Positions 1-8,087 of a stretch of 55,178 nucleotides of DNA are shown here, piece by piece. The notes beneath the pieces are model-generated. The model was not told the origin of the DNA. It saw only the letters and a program-made list of their open reading frames with translations, and searched no databases. How positions within the stretch are numbered: position 1 is the stretch's first letter; every line of letters begins with the position of its first letter. The position numbers and the translations under genes were made by a program. The DNA is from Podarcis pityusensis (taxonomy: Eukaryota), in the NCBI GenBank assembly GCA_964106645.2, contig CAXKZF020000068.1; one strand, 5' to 3'.

Positions 1-183
1 TGGTTCTCCATCAAAGACGGCGCCGGCAACGATCGGTCGTGGATCGCCCGTGCCTGGTACAAGCAGATCCCCGGAAACCCAGCCAGCCCAATCACCGTCC
101 CCATCACGATCCAAGGAACCGGCACCAACACCAACACCTCGGTGAAAGTGACGCTGCCGCAACTATTCAGGGAGGGCTTCTAA
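1..183 (+). CDS. Distal tail protein, 3' part (full copy at 38440-39258)
   Basis: Identical to the end of 38440-39258; TAA at 181-183. Confidence 0.8.
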   Translation, partial: WFSIKDGAGNDRSWIARAWYKQIPGNPASPITVPITIQGTGTNTNTSVKVTLPQLFREGF

Positions 184-1764
184 ATGACTGTCGCCCTCCC
201 CGGATACCCGCGCCCCAACACCACCGAGGTCAAAGGTTTCCGAATCGAGGTCGGTTCACCAGATGCCATGTCGTGGAGGCCTCTTGGCGCGTACATGGCG
301 GGAACCACTTTCGAGTGGGATTGGGCGATCCCCACCACCGCGGAAATCTACATTCGTGGGGATCATCCGATGGCGTCGTATCTGTCGCACCCGCGGCGGA
401 AAGTCATCCACATCCGCACCACCCACAATGGAATCCCGTGGGATGGGCGGGTTATGGAGGCTCAAGTCGCGGGACCGCCTGGCAGGTTGACGATCAAACT
501 GACTTGTGTCTCGAACTTGTTCAAGCTGTTGCGGGCGTTGGCATGGGTGAACAACATCCTGCCGCCTGAGATCCAGTTCAACATCACTGGTAAGCAGGAT
601 GTTGACTGGGGACCACCCGATCAGGTGATGAAGAAGTACGTGTCGAAGGTGATGACACGACTCCGATCGCCGGTCGTGTCCGCTCTGCCAATCCGCAAAA
701 CCACACCCGAGTTGCCGGACCTCGACGACATCGACACTCTCGACGACTTGCTGAACATCGTGCACGAGTCACCCGACGACATGATCGTGTTGGCCGCCCG
801 GTTCACCCAGCTCGACGAACTATTCAAGCAGACCGTCGAGACCTACGAGATCGGCTTGTCCATCAACTTGTGGACGCCGGCTGACGGGTTGCCGTCCCCG
901 CACGTGTTCAACACGCACACCCTCTCGATGCTGCAATCGGTGATGGACTACACGTCCGACAACTTCCTGAACTTCACCAACCCCGGAAACATCCTCGGGC
1001 TCACAAATCCGTCCGAGTGGGGGAAGTTGCAGAACCCAGGGTTCGTGTTCAACACGCACGCGAAGCGGGACCGCCGCCAGTTTCAGTGGCGCACGGATGG
1101 TGATCAGATCGCCTGGATTGAACGGGTCGAAAAGACTGCGGACGCAACACGTGTTGTGATCGGCGGCAAGGCCCCCGAGATCCTGAATCAGGTCATCGAG
1201 TGGGGCGCGAACTTCGCGTTGCAGTTGATCCTGAACGCCATCCTCCCCGGTCTCGGGTTGGGCAACATCATCGGCGACCTGTTCGACAACGTGTTCTTCG
1301 CGTTCCAACAGTTCTGGGATCCCGAACTCGAAACCGATTTGGGGGAGTTGGGTCGCGGTGAAGCGTTCGGCGACAACACGTCCGCGTGGTCGTTGGATGG
1401 GTTCGCTGTCGGCTTGGCTGCGTTGAAGGCGCATTCCGGTTCCGAGGCGATCCGGTTGACGGTCGTCGAGGGCGGCGCGGATGGTCGCGGCTTCACGTTC
1501 GGAGAAGACGTCGAAGTGATCGACGGCGTGGAAGTGCACTTCGAGCGCCGCTACAAGCACGGCGACATCATGACTGTCTGGGATGACGGTGTCGTGATCG
1601 AGAAGCACGTTTCGAACGTGAAGATCACCGAACAGGAAGACGGCCGCATGCGGACTGTCACCACGTTCGGTGATGCCATCACAGTCGGCGATGGCTGGGA
1701 GCGCGTCTTGAAGAAGGTCCAAACGATCTTCGGCAGCATCCGCGCTATCGCCAACTCAACCTAG
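184..1764 (+). CDS. Minor tail protein (Gp37-like baseplate hub)
   Basis: 526 aa, directly after the distal tail gene, in the usual TMP-Dit-hub order. Confidence 0.8.
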   Translation: MTVALPGYPRPNTTEVKGFRIEVGSPDAMSWRPLGAYMAGTTFEWDWAIPTTAEIYIRGDHPMASYLSHPRRKVIHIRTTHNGIPWDGRVMEAQVAGPPGRLTIKLTCVSNLFKLLRALAWVNNILPPEIQFNITGKQDVDWGPPDQVMKKYVSKVMTRLRSPVVSALPIRKTTPELPDLDDIDTLDDLLNIVHESPDDMIVLAARFTQLDELFKQTVETYEIGLSINLWTPADGLPSPHVFNTHTLSMLQSVMDYTSDNFLNFTNPGNILGLTNPSEWGKLQNPGFVFNTHAKRDRRQFQWRTDGDQIAWIERVEKTADATRVVIGGKAPEILNQVIEWGANFALQLILNAILPGLGLGNIIGDLFDNVFFAFQQFWDPELETDLGELGRGEAFGDNTSAWSLDGFAVGLAALKAHSGSEAIRLTVVEGGADGRGFTFGEDVEVIDGVEVHFERRYKHGDIMTVWDDGVVIEKHVSNVKITEQEDGRMRTVTTFGDAITVGDGWERVLKKVQTIFGSIRAIANST

Positions 1765-1773
1765 GAGAAACAC

Positions 1774-2550
1774 ATGACCTGGACAGGAGATCCCGTCTGG
1801 CTCGCAGATGTCTTGCGCGCTGAGGGAATCAAAGTCGTCGAATACCCCGGCTGGAAAGACCGCGGACACGGCGACATGGGCACGATCTGGGGTGTCGTCG
1901 CACACCACACCGGCAACAACCCGCCCGGCAACAACCCCGGATACATCGCGAACCATCCGAGTCTCGGCTTGTGCTCGCAGATTCACCTGTCCCGAGATGG
2001 TGTCGCCACCGTCGTCGGTGTGGGTGTCGCCTGGCATGCCGGCAGCGGATCGTACCCAGGATTGCCGACCAACGGTGCGAATGAACGCACCATCGGTATC
2101 GAGGCGGAGAACAACGGCACCGAAGGTTGGTCGCCCGCGCAGTACGACGCGTATGTGCGGTGCTGCGCTGCGATCCTCCGGAAGGTCGGTCAGCCTGCCT
2201 CGCATGCGATCGGCCACAAGGAGTGGGCTGGTGCGGCGCAGGGCAAGTGGGATCCCGGCGGAATGGACATGAACAAGTTCCGCGCAGACATTCAAGCTCG
2301 AATCGATAACAAGCAGGAGGCTCCCGTGGGTAGCTCGGAAGTGAAGCAGGTACAAGACTTTGTCGCTGGGTTTTGTGGACCGATTGGTTCAGATGTTAAG
2401 GACGTTCGGCAGCAGCTGACGGGTGGACGTGACGCGGGCGAGTACCCCGGCTGGGACCAGTTAGGGGACCGCACCCTTGTCAATGCGTTGGCTGCGATCG
2501 GCGCGAAACTCGGGATCGATGGTTTCAAGGACCCGAAGGCAGGTAAGTGA
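1774..2550 (+). CDS. Endolysin (lysin A), N-acetylmuramoyl-L-alanine amidase type 2
   Basis: Zn-amidase motifs VVAHHT, AWHAG, IGIEAEN and IGHKEW...KWDPG; actinophage-type C-terminus GWDQLGDRTLV; SD AGGAG. Confidence 0.93.
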   Translation: MTWTGDPVWLADVLRAEGIKVVEYPGWKDRGHGDMGTIWGVVAHHTGNNPPGNNPGYIANHPSLGLCSQIHLSRDGVATVVGVGVAWHAGSGSYPGLPTNGANERTIGIEAENNGTEGWSPAQYDAYVRCCAAILRKVGQPASHAIGHKEWAGAAQGKWDPGGMDMNKFRADIQARIDNKQEAPVGSSEVKQVQDFVAGFCGPIGSDVKDVRQQLTGGRDAGEYPGWDQLGDRTLVNALAAIGAKLGIDGFKDPKAGK

Positions 2551-2831
2551 TGACTGCTGATTCTGGTTTGGATGGTTTCGCGAAGTCGTATGTGCAGAAC
2601 ATTCCGTTCGTGAAGCAGAACCGCAAGACGATCGCGAATGTTGTTGGTTTGCTGGCGAATGTGCTGGTGCTGTTGGTCGGGTTGCCGATCTCGGGTACCG
2701 CGCAGGTTGTGTTGGCGATCAGCATTCAGGGTGTGTTTGCGGTGTCGGCGTGGTTGGTGCCGAATGCGATCACACCGCAGCAGGCTTCGGAACTCGACGA
2801 GTACGTCGGCCGACACCGCAAGCAAGGGTGA
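2547..2831 (+). CDS. Holin
   Basis: 94 aa with two hydrophobic segments and an RKTIA...VPN pattern; overlaps the lysin stop. Confidence 0.75.
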   Translation: MMTADSGLDGFAKSYVQNIPFVKQNRKTIANVVGLLANVLVLLVGLPISGTAQVVLAISIQGVFAVSAWLVPNAITPQQASELDEYVGRHRKQG

Positions 2832-3118
2832 TGGGGGAGTTCTTTTCCGCGCTCCCCATTGAGGGGGGTGTCGTCGTCGGGTTCGTCGTCGGTGTCTTCC
2901 TCATGATCGCGAGAGGTGTCCTCGTCGTCGGCGCTCAGCATCGTGAGCAACTGGACGCTGAGCGGCAGGCGAACACGTACCTCCGTTCAGCGTTGGACAA
3001 GGCGTTAACGCTGAACGGTGAGGACGCCAAGACCATCGCGAAGCTATCGGCCACGTCTGATCTGTCGGCGCGGCTACTTGAGGAGTGGCGGAAAGAGTCA
3101 GCTCAGGGGGCGTCGTGA
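2831..3118 (+). CDS. Membrane protein in lysis cassette
   Basis: TGATG-coupled to the holin; N-terminal TM segment (GVVVGFVVGVFLMIARG) followed by a helical tail. Confidence 0.7.
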   Translation: MGEFFSALPIEGGVVVGFVVGVFLMIARGVLVVGAQHREQLDAERQANTYLRSALDKALTLNGEDAKTIAKLSATSDLSARLLEEWRKESAQGAS

Positions 3119-3312
3119 GGTGGCGTCGGCGTCAACACGCCGAGAACGAAACAGTCACCGAAGCACGGTTGCTGGACGAGGAAGTGGATAAGCGGTTGGC
3201 GGCGTCTCGTCGCGCCCGCCCGGACCACGAGCGTCGCGGGCAGCGTGTTCAGGATCAGATGGTGCACAACCACTTCGGTGAGTTGTTCCGGCTGAGTATG
3301 GAAGGGCGATGA
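3115..3312 (+). CDS. Small lysis-cassette protein
   Basis: GTGA overlap; C-terminal NHFGE motif of the type seen in actinophage lysis-adjacent genes. Confidence 0.6.
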   Translation: MRWRRRQHAENETVTEARLLDEEVDKRLAASRRARPDHERRGQRVQDQMVHNHFGELFRLSMEGR

Positions 3313-3629
3313 TGCTCAGAGAAGTCGGTAACTGGCTGTTGGTGTTCCTCACGTTGGTGTGGTGCACGTTCACTCTGATCTATGCGTTTCGGTCGAAGTG
3401 GTGGGCGAATGAGGTTGGTCGGGTGTTGTTGCCCGAGAAGGTGTTGACGTGTCTGGTGTTGATTCAGGTGGCTGCGTCGGCGATGTCGAATTCGTTGTAT
3501 CCGGGGCGGGATGTGATTCGCATTGTTTTGTATGCGGGTTGTGCGGTTTCGGTGTTGGTGTTGACGGTTGTGTTGGTGCGTGTGCAGAGGCGTGAGCGTC
3601 GATGTCGATCTAAGTGGGGTGAGCACTGA
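3309..3629 (+). CDS. Putative second holin-like membrane protein (3 TM)
   Basis: Three hydrophobic stretches with WW..EVGR and YPGRD..R motifs. Confidence 0.65.
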   Translation: MMLREVGNWLLVFLTLVWCTFTLIYAFRSKWWANEVGRVLLPEKVLTCLVLIQVAASAMSNSLYPGRDVIRIVLYAGCAVSVLVLTVVLVRVQRRERRCRSKWGEH

Positions 3630-4492
3630 TGGAGAAGTTGCCTCCCGGCAAGCCTCGGGATCAAGACATTTGGGGGACGTTCAAAAACAACTGGTTCAGC
3701 CAGATTTTTGCGGGGTTCGCGAACATCGGCCAGCTGCTCGGCAGCATCGCTGATGCGTTCCTGGGTCGTGGATCCTTCGGTCTTGGACCACTGAAAGAGA
3801 TCAACGACCGCGGCATCCTGATCACCGGATATGGAAACCAGATCGCGAGCTTGGAGAACGTCACACGTACTGGCGTGACAACCCCGGCGTGGGCGTCCAC
3901 TGGCGGTCGGGACCTGGTTTCATTCCCTGACACGATGATGCAGTACCTCAGATATACGGGCGAGTTTGGCAGCGAAACGACTGAGACGCCGGTGTTTAAC
4001 CCTGACAAGCGTTCGGCAGAGTTCGCTTTCATACGTGGCGGCCTTGACCGAGCCACGCCACTAGAAGTACTGCGCATCATTACTGGCAGCGACGCCAGTT
4101 TCTTCGGGATCGACGCCTGGTATCTGGGGATCTACGGGTATGACAAGCCTAACAATCGAATGATCAAGATCTGGGATTCTGGAGACATCAAAGCGATCTT
4201 GTCCAGCCAGCGACGCAGGTACCACATATCAACAGGATTGTCTTTGATGGCCGAGCCTGACCAACTGTTCGCTGTTGCATCACTTCAGATCGCGCCAGGC
4301 TTGGGTCAACGAACCCGGGGGCTGGGCGCCATCACGCTAACCGGGATCTCCGAGGAATCGGGCACTGTACCGCAAGCGCGTCACGCCTCGCTCGCGAATC
4401 AGTCCGTTCTTCCATCTGCCGTCTCTATGAATTCGTTTTCGTACAACAAGGAACGTCTGATGTGGGCGTCGTTAGGAGCTTCAGCGACATGA
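3629..4492 (+). CDS. Minor tail protein
   Basis: 287 aa, coupled start, beta-rich C-terminal domain, lies among tail genes. Confidence 0.6.
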   Translation: MEKLPPGKPRDQDIWGTFKNNWFSQIFAGFANIGQLLGSIADAFLGRGSFGLGPLKEINDRGILITGYGNQIASLENVTRTGVTTPAWASTGGRDLVSFPDTMMQYLRYTGEFGSETTETPVFNPDKRSAEFAFIRGGLDRATPLEVLRIITGSDASFFGIDAWYLGIYGYDKPNNRMIKIWDSGDIKAILSSQRRRYHISTGLSLMAEPDQLFAVASLQIAPGLGQRTRGLGAITLTGISEESGTVPQARHASLANQSVLPSAVSMNSFSYNKERLMWASLGASAT

Positions 4493-4770
4493 TGGCGGAC
4501 GGAAAGCTTTGTGTCACAGCTGAGGAAGTCGAGGAGTGGGCGAAACCTGCGTTGGATGTTTTCGGTCCTGTCGCACCACACCTGTGGATCATTGATCTAT
4601 CAACCGGCGCTACGCGAGTAATTCGGTCCGCAGATTACGAGGACCTTCCGGCTGGGTGGGCGTTGCTGATGACGGGACCTGAGCCGCTTTGGGTTGCGCA
4701 ATGGGATGGCGATTGGCAGCGCGCTTGCGATGAACAACTCAACCCGTTACTGGCGGAGGTGGTGGTCTGA
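4489..4770 (+). CDS. Hypothetical protein
   Basis: ATGA overlap with SD AGGAG. Confidence 0.6.
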   Translation: MMADGKLCVTAEEVEEWAKPALDVFGPVAPHLWIIDLSTGATRVIRSADYEDLPAGWALLMTGPEPLWVAQWDGDWQRACDEQLNPLLAEVVV

Positions 4771-5207
4771 TGCCTGTTATTTCTGATCGGTTGACTGATG
4801 GTGCGAAGTTGGGTGTTGGTGCGGAGATTGTGTTCACGGTCCGCGACATCCGCGACAGTGTGGCGCATGATGCGATCCTCGGCCCCGCACGCACCACCGT
4901 CCCCGTGAATGCGACGACCGGGCTGTTCACTAGTCCGATGTTGGATCCTGGCCCGTACTGGGTGGGGATCCGTTGGTCGAGATCCAATCCAACGCATGAT
5001 GTTTACCCCGTTGAAGTCCCCGCTGAGTCGGGGACTTTCCGTTTGTGGCCGTTGATCGACGCCGGCGCCCCGCCACCTCCCGCCGAGTCGGATGGATTCA
5101 TCCGCAACGGCGGCGGCATCTCCCGCCAAGTCCGAACCACTGTCGCCGAATTCGCGGCGACCCCCTCACCAGACCCCGAAACCCTCTACATAGTTTTCGA
5201 ATCCTAG
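4770..5207 (+). CDS. Minor tail / fibre-associated protein
   Basis: Ends with the AEFAA...PDPETLYIV pattern seen in fibre adaptor proteins. Confidence 0.6.
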   Translation: MPVISDRLTDGAKLGVGAEIVFTVRDIRDSVAHDAILGPARTTVPVNATTGLFTSPMLDPGPYWVGIRWSRSNPTHDVYPVEVPAESGTFRLWPLIDAGAPPPPAESDGFIRNGGGISRQVRTTVAEFAATPSPDPETLYIVFES

Positions 5208-5216
5208 GAGACCGAC

Positions 5217-5654
5217 ATGGCAGCATCAGGCAAGCTCTACGGCCTCGCCTTCAAAAGCATGGTGAACGGCGAGATCAACTGGACCTCGCACACCATCAAG
5301 GCGATGCTCTGCACGAGCGCGTACACCCCGAATCAGGACACCCACCAGTACAAGTCGTCCGTGACAAACGAGTCCGCGGGCACTGGCTACACCGCTGGTG
5401 GTGTGGCGTTGGCGGGTAAGACGGTTAACTACACCGCAGGAACCAACACTCTGATTCTGGATGCGTCGGATACGCAGTGGCCCGACTCGACAGTCACGGG
5501 CCGTTATTTGGTGCTGTACGACGACACGCCGTCTACGGATGCGACGAAGCCCCTCATCGGGTACATCGATTTCGGCGCTGACGTGTCCACTACGGCAGGT
5601 GTTTTCACCAGTGTGTGGGATGCCGCCGGAATCATCGGCTTCACCACCCCGTAA
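5217..5654 (+). CDS. Minor tail (virion structural) protein
   Basis: IKAML..SAYTP...GTGYTAGG...LIGYIDFG pattern; SD AGGAG. Confidence 0.7.
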   Translation: MAASGKLYGLAFKSMVNGEINWTSHTIKAMLCTSAYTPNQDTHQYKSSVTNESAGTGYTAGGVALAGKTVNYTAGTNTLILDASDTQWPDSTVTGRYLVLYDDTPSTDATKPLIGYIDFGADVSTTAGVFTSVWDAAGIIGFTTP

Positions 5655-5669
5655 GCAGGAGGCGTCACG

Positions 5670-6791
5670 ATGGGCTTGTTCAACCGCGGCCAAGCCGCAT
5701 CGGCGCTGATCTTGGATGGCAAGCGAGCTGTCCGTGCGTATCTCGGTGATCAACTGGTGTGGGACGGCACGATGGATGCCTTCGTGCCGATTCCTCAAAT
5801 TCTGGTGTCGGTCGTGATGGCAGACCCGGTTGTGTCGGCTACTGTTCGCACCGTAGCACCGCTCATCACTGCCTCGGCTCAGGTTTACGAACCGTCCGTC
5901 TCCGGAACGGCAACTGTCCGACCCGAAACAGCAATACTCGTAGCTGGTGTTGTCTATGCGCCCGATGTCTCGGCCGAGGCGTTGATCGAGGTACCTGCGA
6001 TTTCGGTGTCAGCGATCGTGCTGGCACCCACTGTGTCCGAGGCGTTCGATGCGACAGTCGAAGTGCCGTTCATCCAGGTGACTGCTGGCATGTACTCGCC
6101 TAAGATCACCGCGGACTACGCGGCTACCGTTCCGATCATCGCGGCGTTCGCAGAGTTGTTGGCTCCGTTGGTGACCGCAACGGGAACAGCTGTGATCAAT
6201 GCTCCGATGATCGCGGTAACTGGGTCAGTGAACGCGCCGGCAGTGATCGGTTCAAGTGCAGTGACAGCCCCTCTGATTGCGGTTTCAGCGACTGTGTACG
6301 CGCCCGAGATTCGGCGGGACGCGAAGGTCATCGCGCCGTCGATCACGGGCACAGCAACGGCTTACGTACCGAACGTTCAGGCGATCAACTTCAGCCCGTC
6401 TGGGATGACGAAGAACGGTAACTGGGTTCCGACGGCCAATGGGGCGTGGCTTGTCGTGCCCGCGTGGACAGCGGATTCCGGTTCGACAGTATCCGGCGAT
6501 GGTGTTCAAGCTCGGGGCGCGAAGGCGAATGCTGTCGTGTCAGGGCAACTCAGCATTACTCTGTCGACCGGCGCTTACCAGGTGAGTGTGCGGCTGAAAG
6601 TAGATGGCGTAGTCGTGAAGACCATCACGGACTACCCCCTGACCGGATACGCGACGACGAATGTTCCAATCGCATCCGATCCGATGGCAATCACCACCGG
6701 TCAAGTCGCGACGATCGAATGCTGGTTCACGAACTTCTCGAACTCGTTCCCGATCCAATCCGGAGCGAACACCTACGTCCGCATCACCTGA
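5670..6791 (+). CDS. Tail fibre-like protein with ~22-aa repeats
   Basis: About nine P-x-I-x-V-x-A-x-V-x-x-P-x-V repeats followed by a C-terminal beta domain; SD AGGAGG. Confidence 0.65.
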   Translation: MGLFNRGQAASALILDGKRAVRAYLGDQLVWDGTMDAFVPIPQILVSVVMADPVVSATVRTVAPLITASAQVYEPSVSGTATVRPETAILVAGVVYAPDVSAEALIEVPAISVSAIVLAPTVSEAFDATVEVPFIQVTAGMYSPKITADYAATVPIIAAFAELLAPLVTATGTAVINAPMIAVTGSVNAPAVIGSSAVTAPLIAVSATVYAPEIRRDAKVIAPSITGTATAYVPNVQAINFSPSGMTKNGNWVPTANGAWLVVPAWTADSGSTVSGDGVQARGAKANAVVSGQLSITLSTGAYQVSVRLKVDGVVVKTITDYPLTGYATTNVPIASDPMAITTGQVATIECWFTNFSNSFPIQSGANTYVRIT

Positions 6792-6812
6792 CCGGGCTGA
6801 GACAATCAGGGT

Positions 6813-6950
6813 ATGGCTTTCGAACCTGACCCCGACACCGGCCAACCCGGCACCGTGAAACTCGCTGACGGACGCTGGGCGTACCGCTGGAAAGATGCAC
6901 CGGACGCCGAACTGATCATCATGAAGCAACCGGAAACACCCGCAGAATGA
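6813..6950 (+). CDS. Small hypothetical protein (45 aa, MAFEPDPDTGQPGTVKLADGRWAYRWK...)
   Basis: Fills the gap between the last tail gene and the terminator; below the ORF-track cutoff. Confidence 0.5.
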   Translation: MAFEPDPDTGQPGTVKLADGRWAYRWKDAPDAELIIMKQPETPAE

Positions 6951-6951
6951 C

Positions 6952-6988
6952 AAAAGCCCCCAACCTCATCGCGAGGTTGGGGGCTTTT
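6952..6988. terminator. Bidirectional intrinsic terminator
   Basis: Perfect 16-bp inverted repeat AAAAGCCCCCAACCTC-atcgc-GAGGTTGGGGGCTTTT between convergent genes. Confidence 0.92.
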
Positions 6989-7003
6989 CGTCGTCTAACG
7001 ATG

Positions 7004-7351
7004 TCAGCAGTCGACTAGGTCGGCTCGCTTCACTGAGGAGAAGAAGTCATCAGCCTCAGGCATGGAGTTTTCCCAGCCTGGGGTGTGGCCTCCGGTTTGA
7101 TGGATGGCGGTCCGCGCTGCGGCGATGGCGTCGTTGATCGCACCACCCTCGGTGTCGGCGTCGACATACATCGAGATGGTGAGTGTGCGCTCTCCGAAGT
7201 CGACACCGAGGTCGACGTCGCTCACACCGGTCAGTCCCTCGAAGGCATCCATCAATGGGTCGATGATGCTCTCAAGGTCGTTGTTGTCGCGTCGGACTCC
7301 GACTATCAGTTCGACGTAGTAGGTGGTGGTGCCTACTTCTGCTCGAAGCAT
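7004..7351 (-). CDS. HicB-like antitoxin (acidic)
   Basis: Downstream of and overlapping the HicA-like gene; SD GAGGAGG before ATG 7351; very acidic, with a DTEGGAINDAIAA helix. Confidence 0.55.
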   Translation of the reverse strand: MLRAEVGTTTYYVELIVGVRRDNNDLESIIDPLMDAFEGLTGVSDVDLGVDFGERTLTISMYVDADTEGGAINDAIAAARTAIHQTGGHTPGWENSMPEADDFFSSVKRADLVDC

Positions 7352-7548
7352 CCTGTCCTCCTCAGCTTTCCTTCTAGATTCTGTTGATACATAGGGTTCG
7401 ATGGCGTCAGATGCACTGTGCTGATATGGAGCTTGCAAGGACAGTAGACCTTGTAGTACTTGGTCTTGACTACCCGCCAGCCTTGATTTTCGAGCTCTTT
7501 TAACAGTGCTTCCAGTTCCTTGATCGGATGACGGGGTCTAGTCGGCAT
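7333..7548 (-). CDS. HicA-like toxin
   Basis: 71-aa basic protein with the HicA dsRBD-like pattern ELEALLKELENQGWRV...YKVYCP...STVHLTPS; -10 TATATT 6 nt before ATG (leaderless). Confidence 0.65.
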   Translation of the reverse strand: MPTRPRHPIKELEALLKELENQGWRVVKTKYYKVYCPCKLHISTVHLTPSNPMYQQNLEGKLRRTGCFEQK

Positions 7549-7804
7549 CCGGGCAATATATCCCTTGTATCGGGTCGTGCACCCACTATGCGCTACTTGC
7601 CGCTACATTCCATCACTAAGTCGTCAAAATTACATTGCGTGTTACGTCACGATCAGGACACGATACGCGTTGCTGCCATGGTACGTCGAAGCCCACCTGT
7701 GCTGCCGAATGAGTCAGGTGGGCATCGAACTATTCAGTTGTGGTGCGGCGATCACTGACGGCTTCCCTTCCGTCTCCTGCCAACAGTGCCGACGCTACCA
7801 GGTA

Positions 7805-7820
7805 TCGAACAGATGTGCGA
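7805..7820. promoter_or_regulatory. LexA (SOS) box candidate
   Basis: TCGAAC-agat-GTGCGA has one mismatch to the actinobacterial consensus TCGAAC-N4-GTTCGA; a minus-strand -10 TAGCGT lies at 7792-7797. Confidence 0.55.
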
Positions 7821-7829
7821 GGGAAAGTG

Positions 7830-8033
7830 TGTTGACCGCGTCAACATGACCATCCATAACCGCTGGTCAACTGGCTGCGTCAACAATCACGGAAGACGCA
7901 ATAAATACTCCCTGACCTGCGCGTATACCCTGTTTTCGCAGGGGTTCGAATCCCCTTAGCTCCACCATATCGATGCAGGTCAGAGACCTGCAAGGTGAAA
8001 AAAATGTTGACGGTCAACACGCCACGTCAACAC
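7830..8033. other. attP region with integrase arm-type repeats (GTCAACA/TGTTGAC)
   Basis: TGTTGACcgcGTCAACA at 7830-7846, GTCAACA at 7879-7885, TGTTGACgGTCAACAC at 8005-8020 and GTCAACAC at 8026-8033 flank the core. Confidence 0.8.
7939..7967 (+). other. attP: attP common core = 3' end of a tRNA-Ala gene
   Basis: CAGGGGTTCGAATCCCCTTAGCTCCACCA contains a T-arm, an acceptor strand complementary to GGGGCTA, and CCA; it lies just upstream of the integrase. Confidence 0.9.
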
Positions 8034-8057
8034 CTGTCACACAACGACGATACGATG

Positions 8058-8081
8058 ACCTCCCTAACCGGGAGGTTTTTT
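8058..8081 (+). terminator. Intrinsic terminator between attP core and int
   Basis: ACCTCCC-taacc-GGGAGGT followed by a T run. Confidence 0.7.
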
Positions 8082-8087
8082 CGTTTC

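Noticed and set aside
3629-6791. Diversity-generating retroelement or invertible tail-fibre cassette
   Set aside because: No reverse transcriptase, invertase or TR/VR repeat pair was seen.
7939-7967. tRNA gene
   Set aside because: Only the T-arm and 3' acceptor strand are present. There is no D or anticodon arm and no 5' GGGGCTA upstream, so this is the attP core.
7995-8087. Longer integrase N-terminus given by the ORF track
   Set aside because: It overlaps arm-type sites and a terminator. MASIRPR at 8088 is a typical integrase start.
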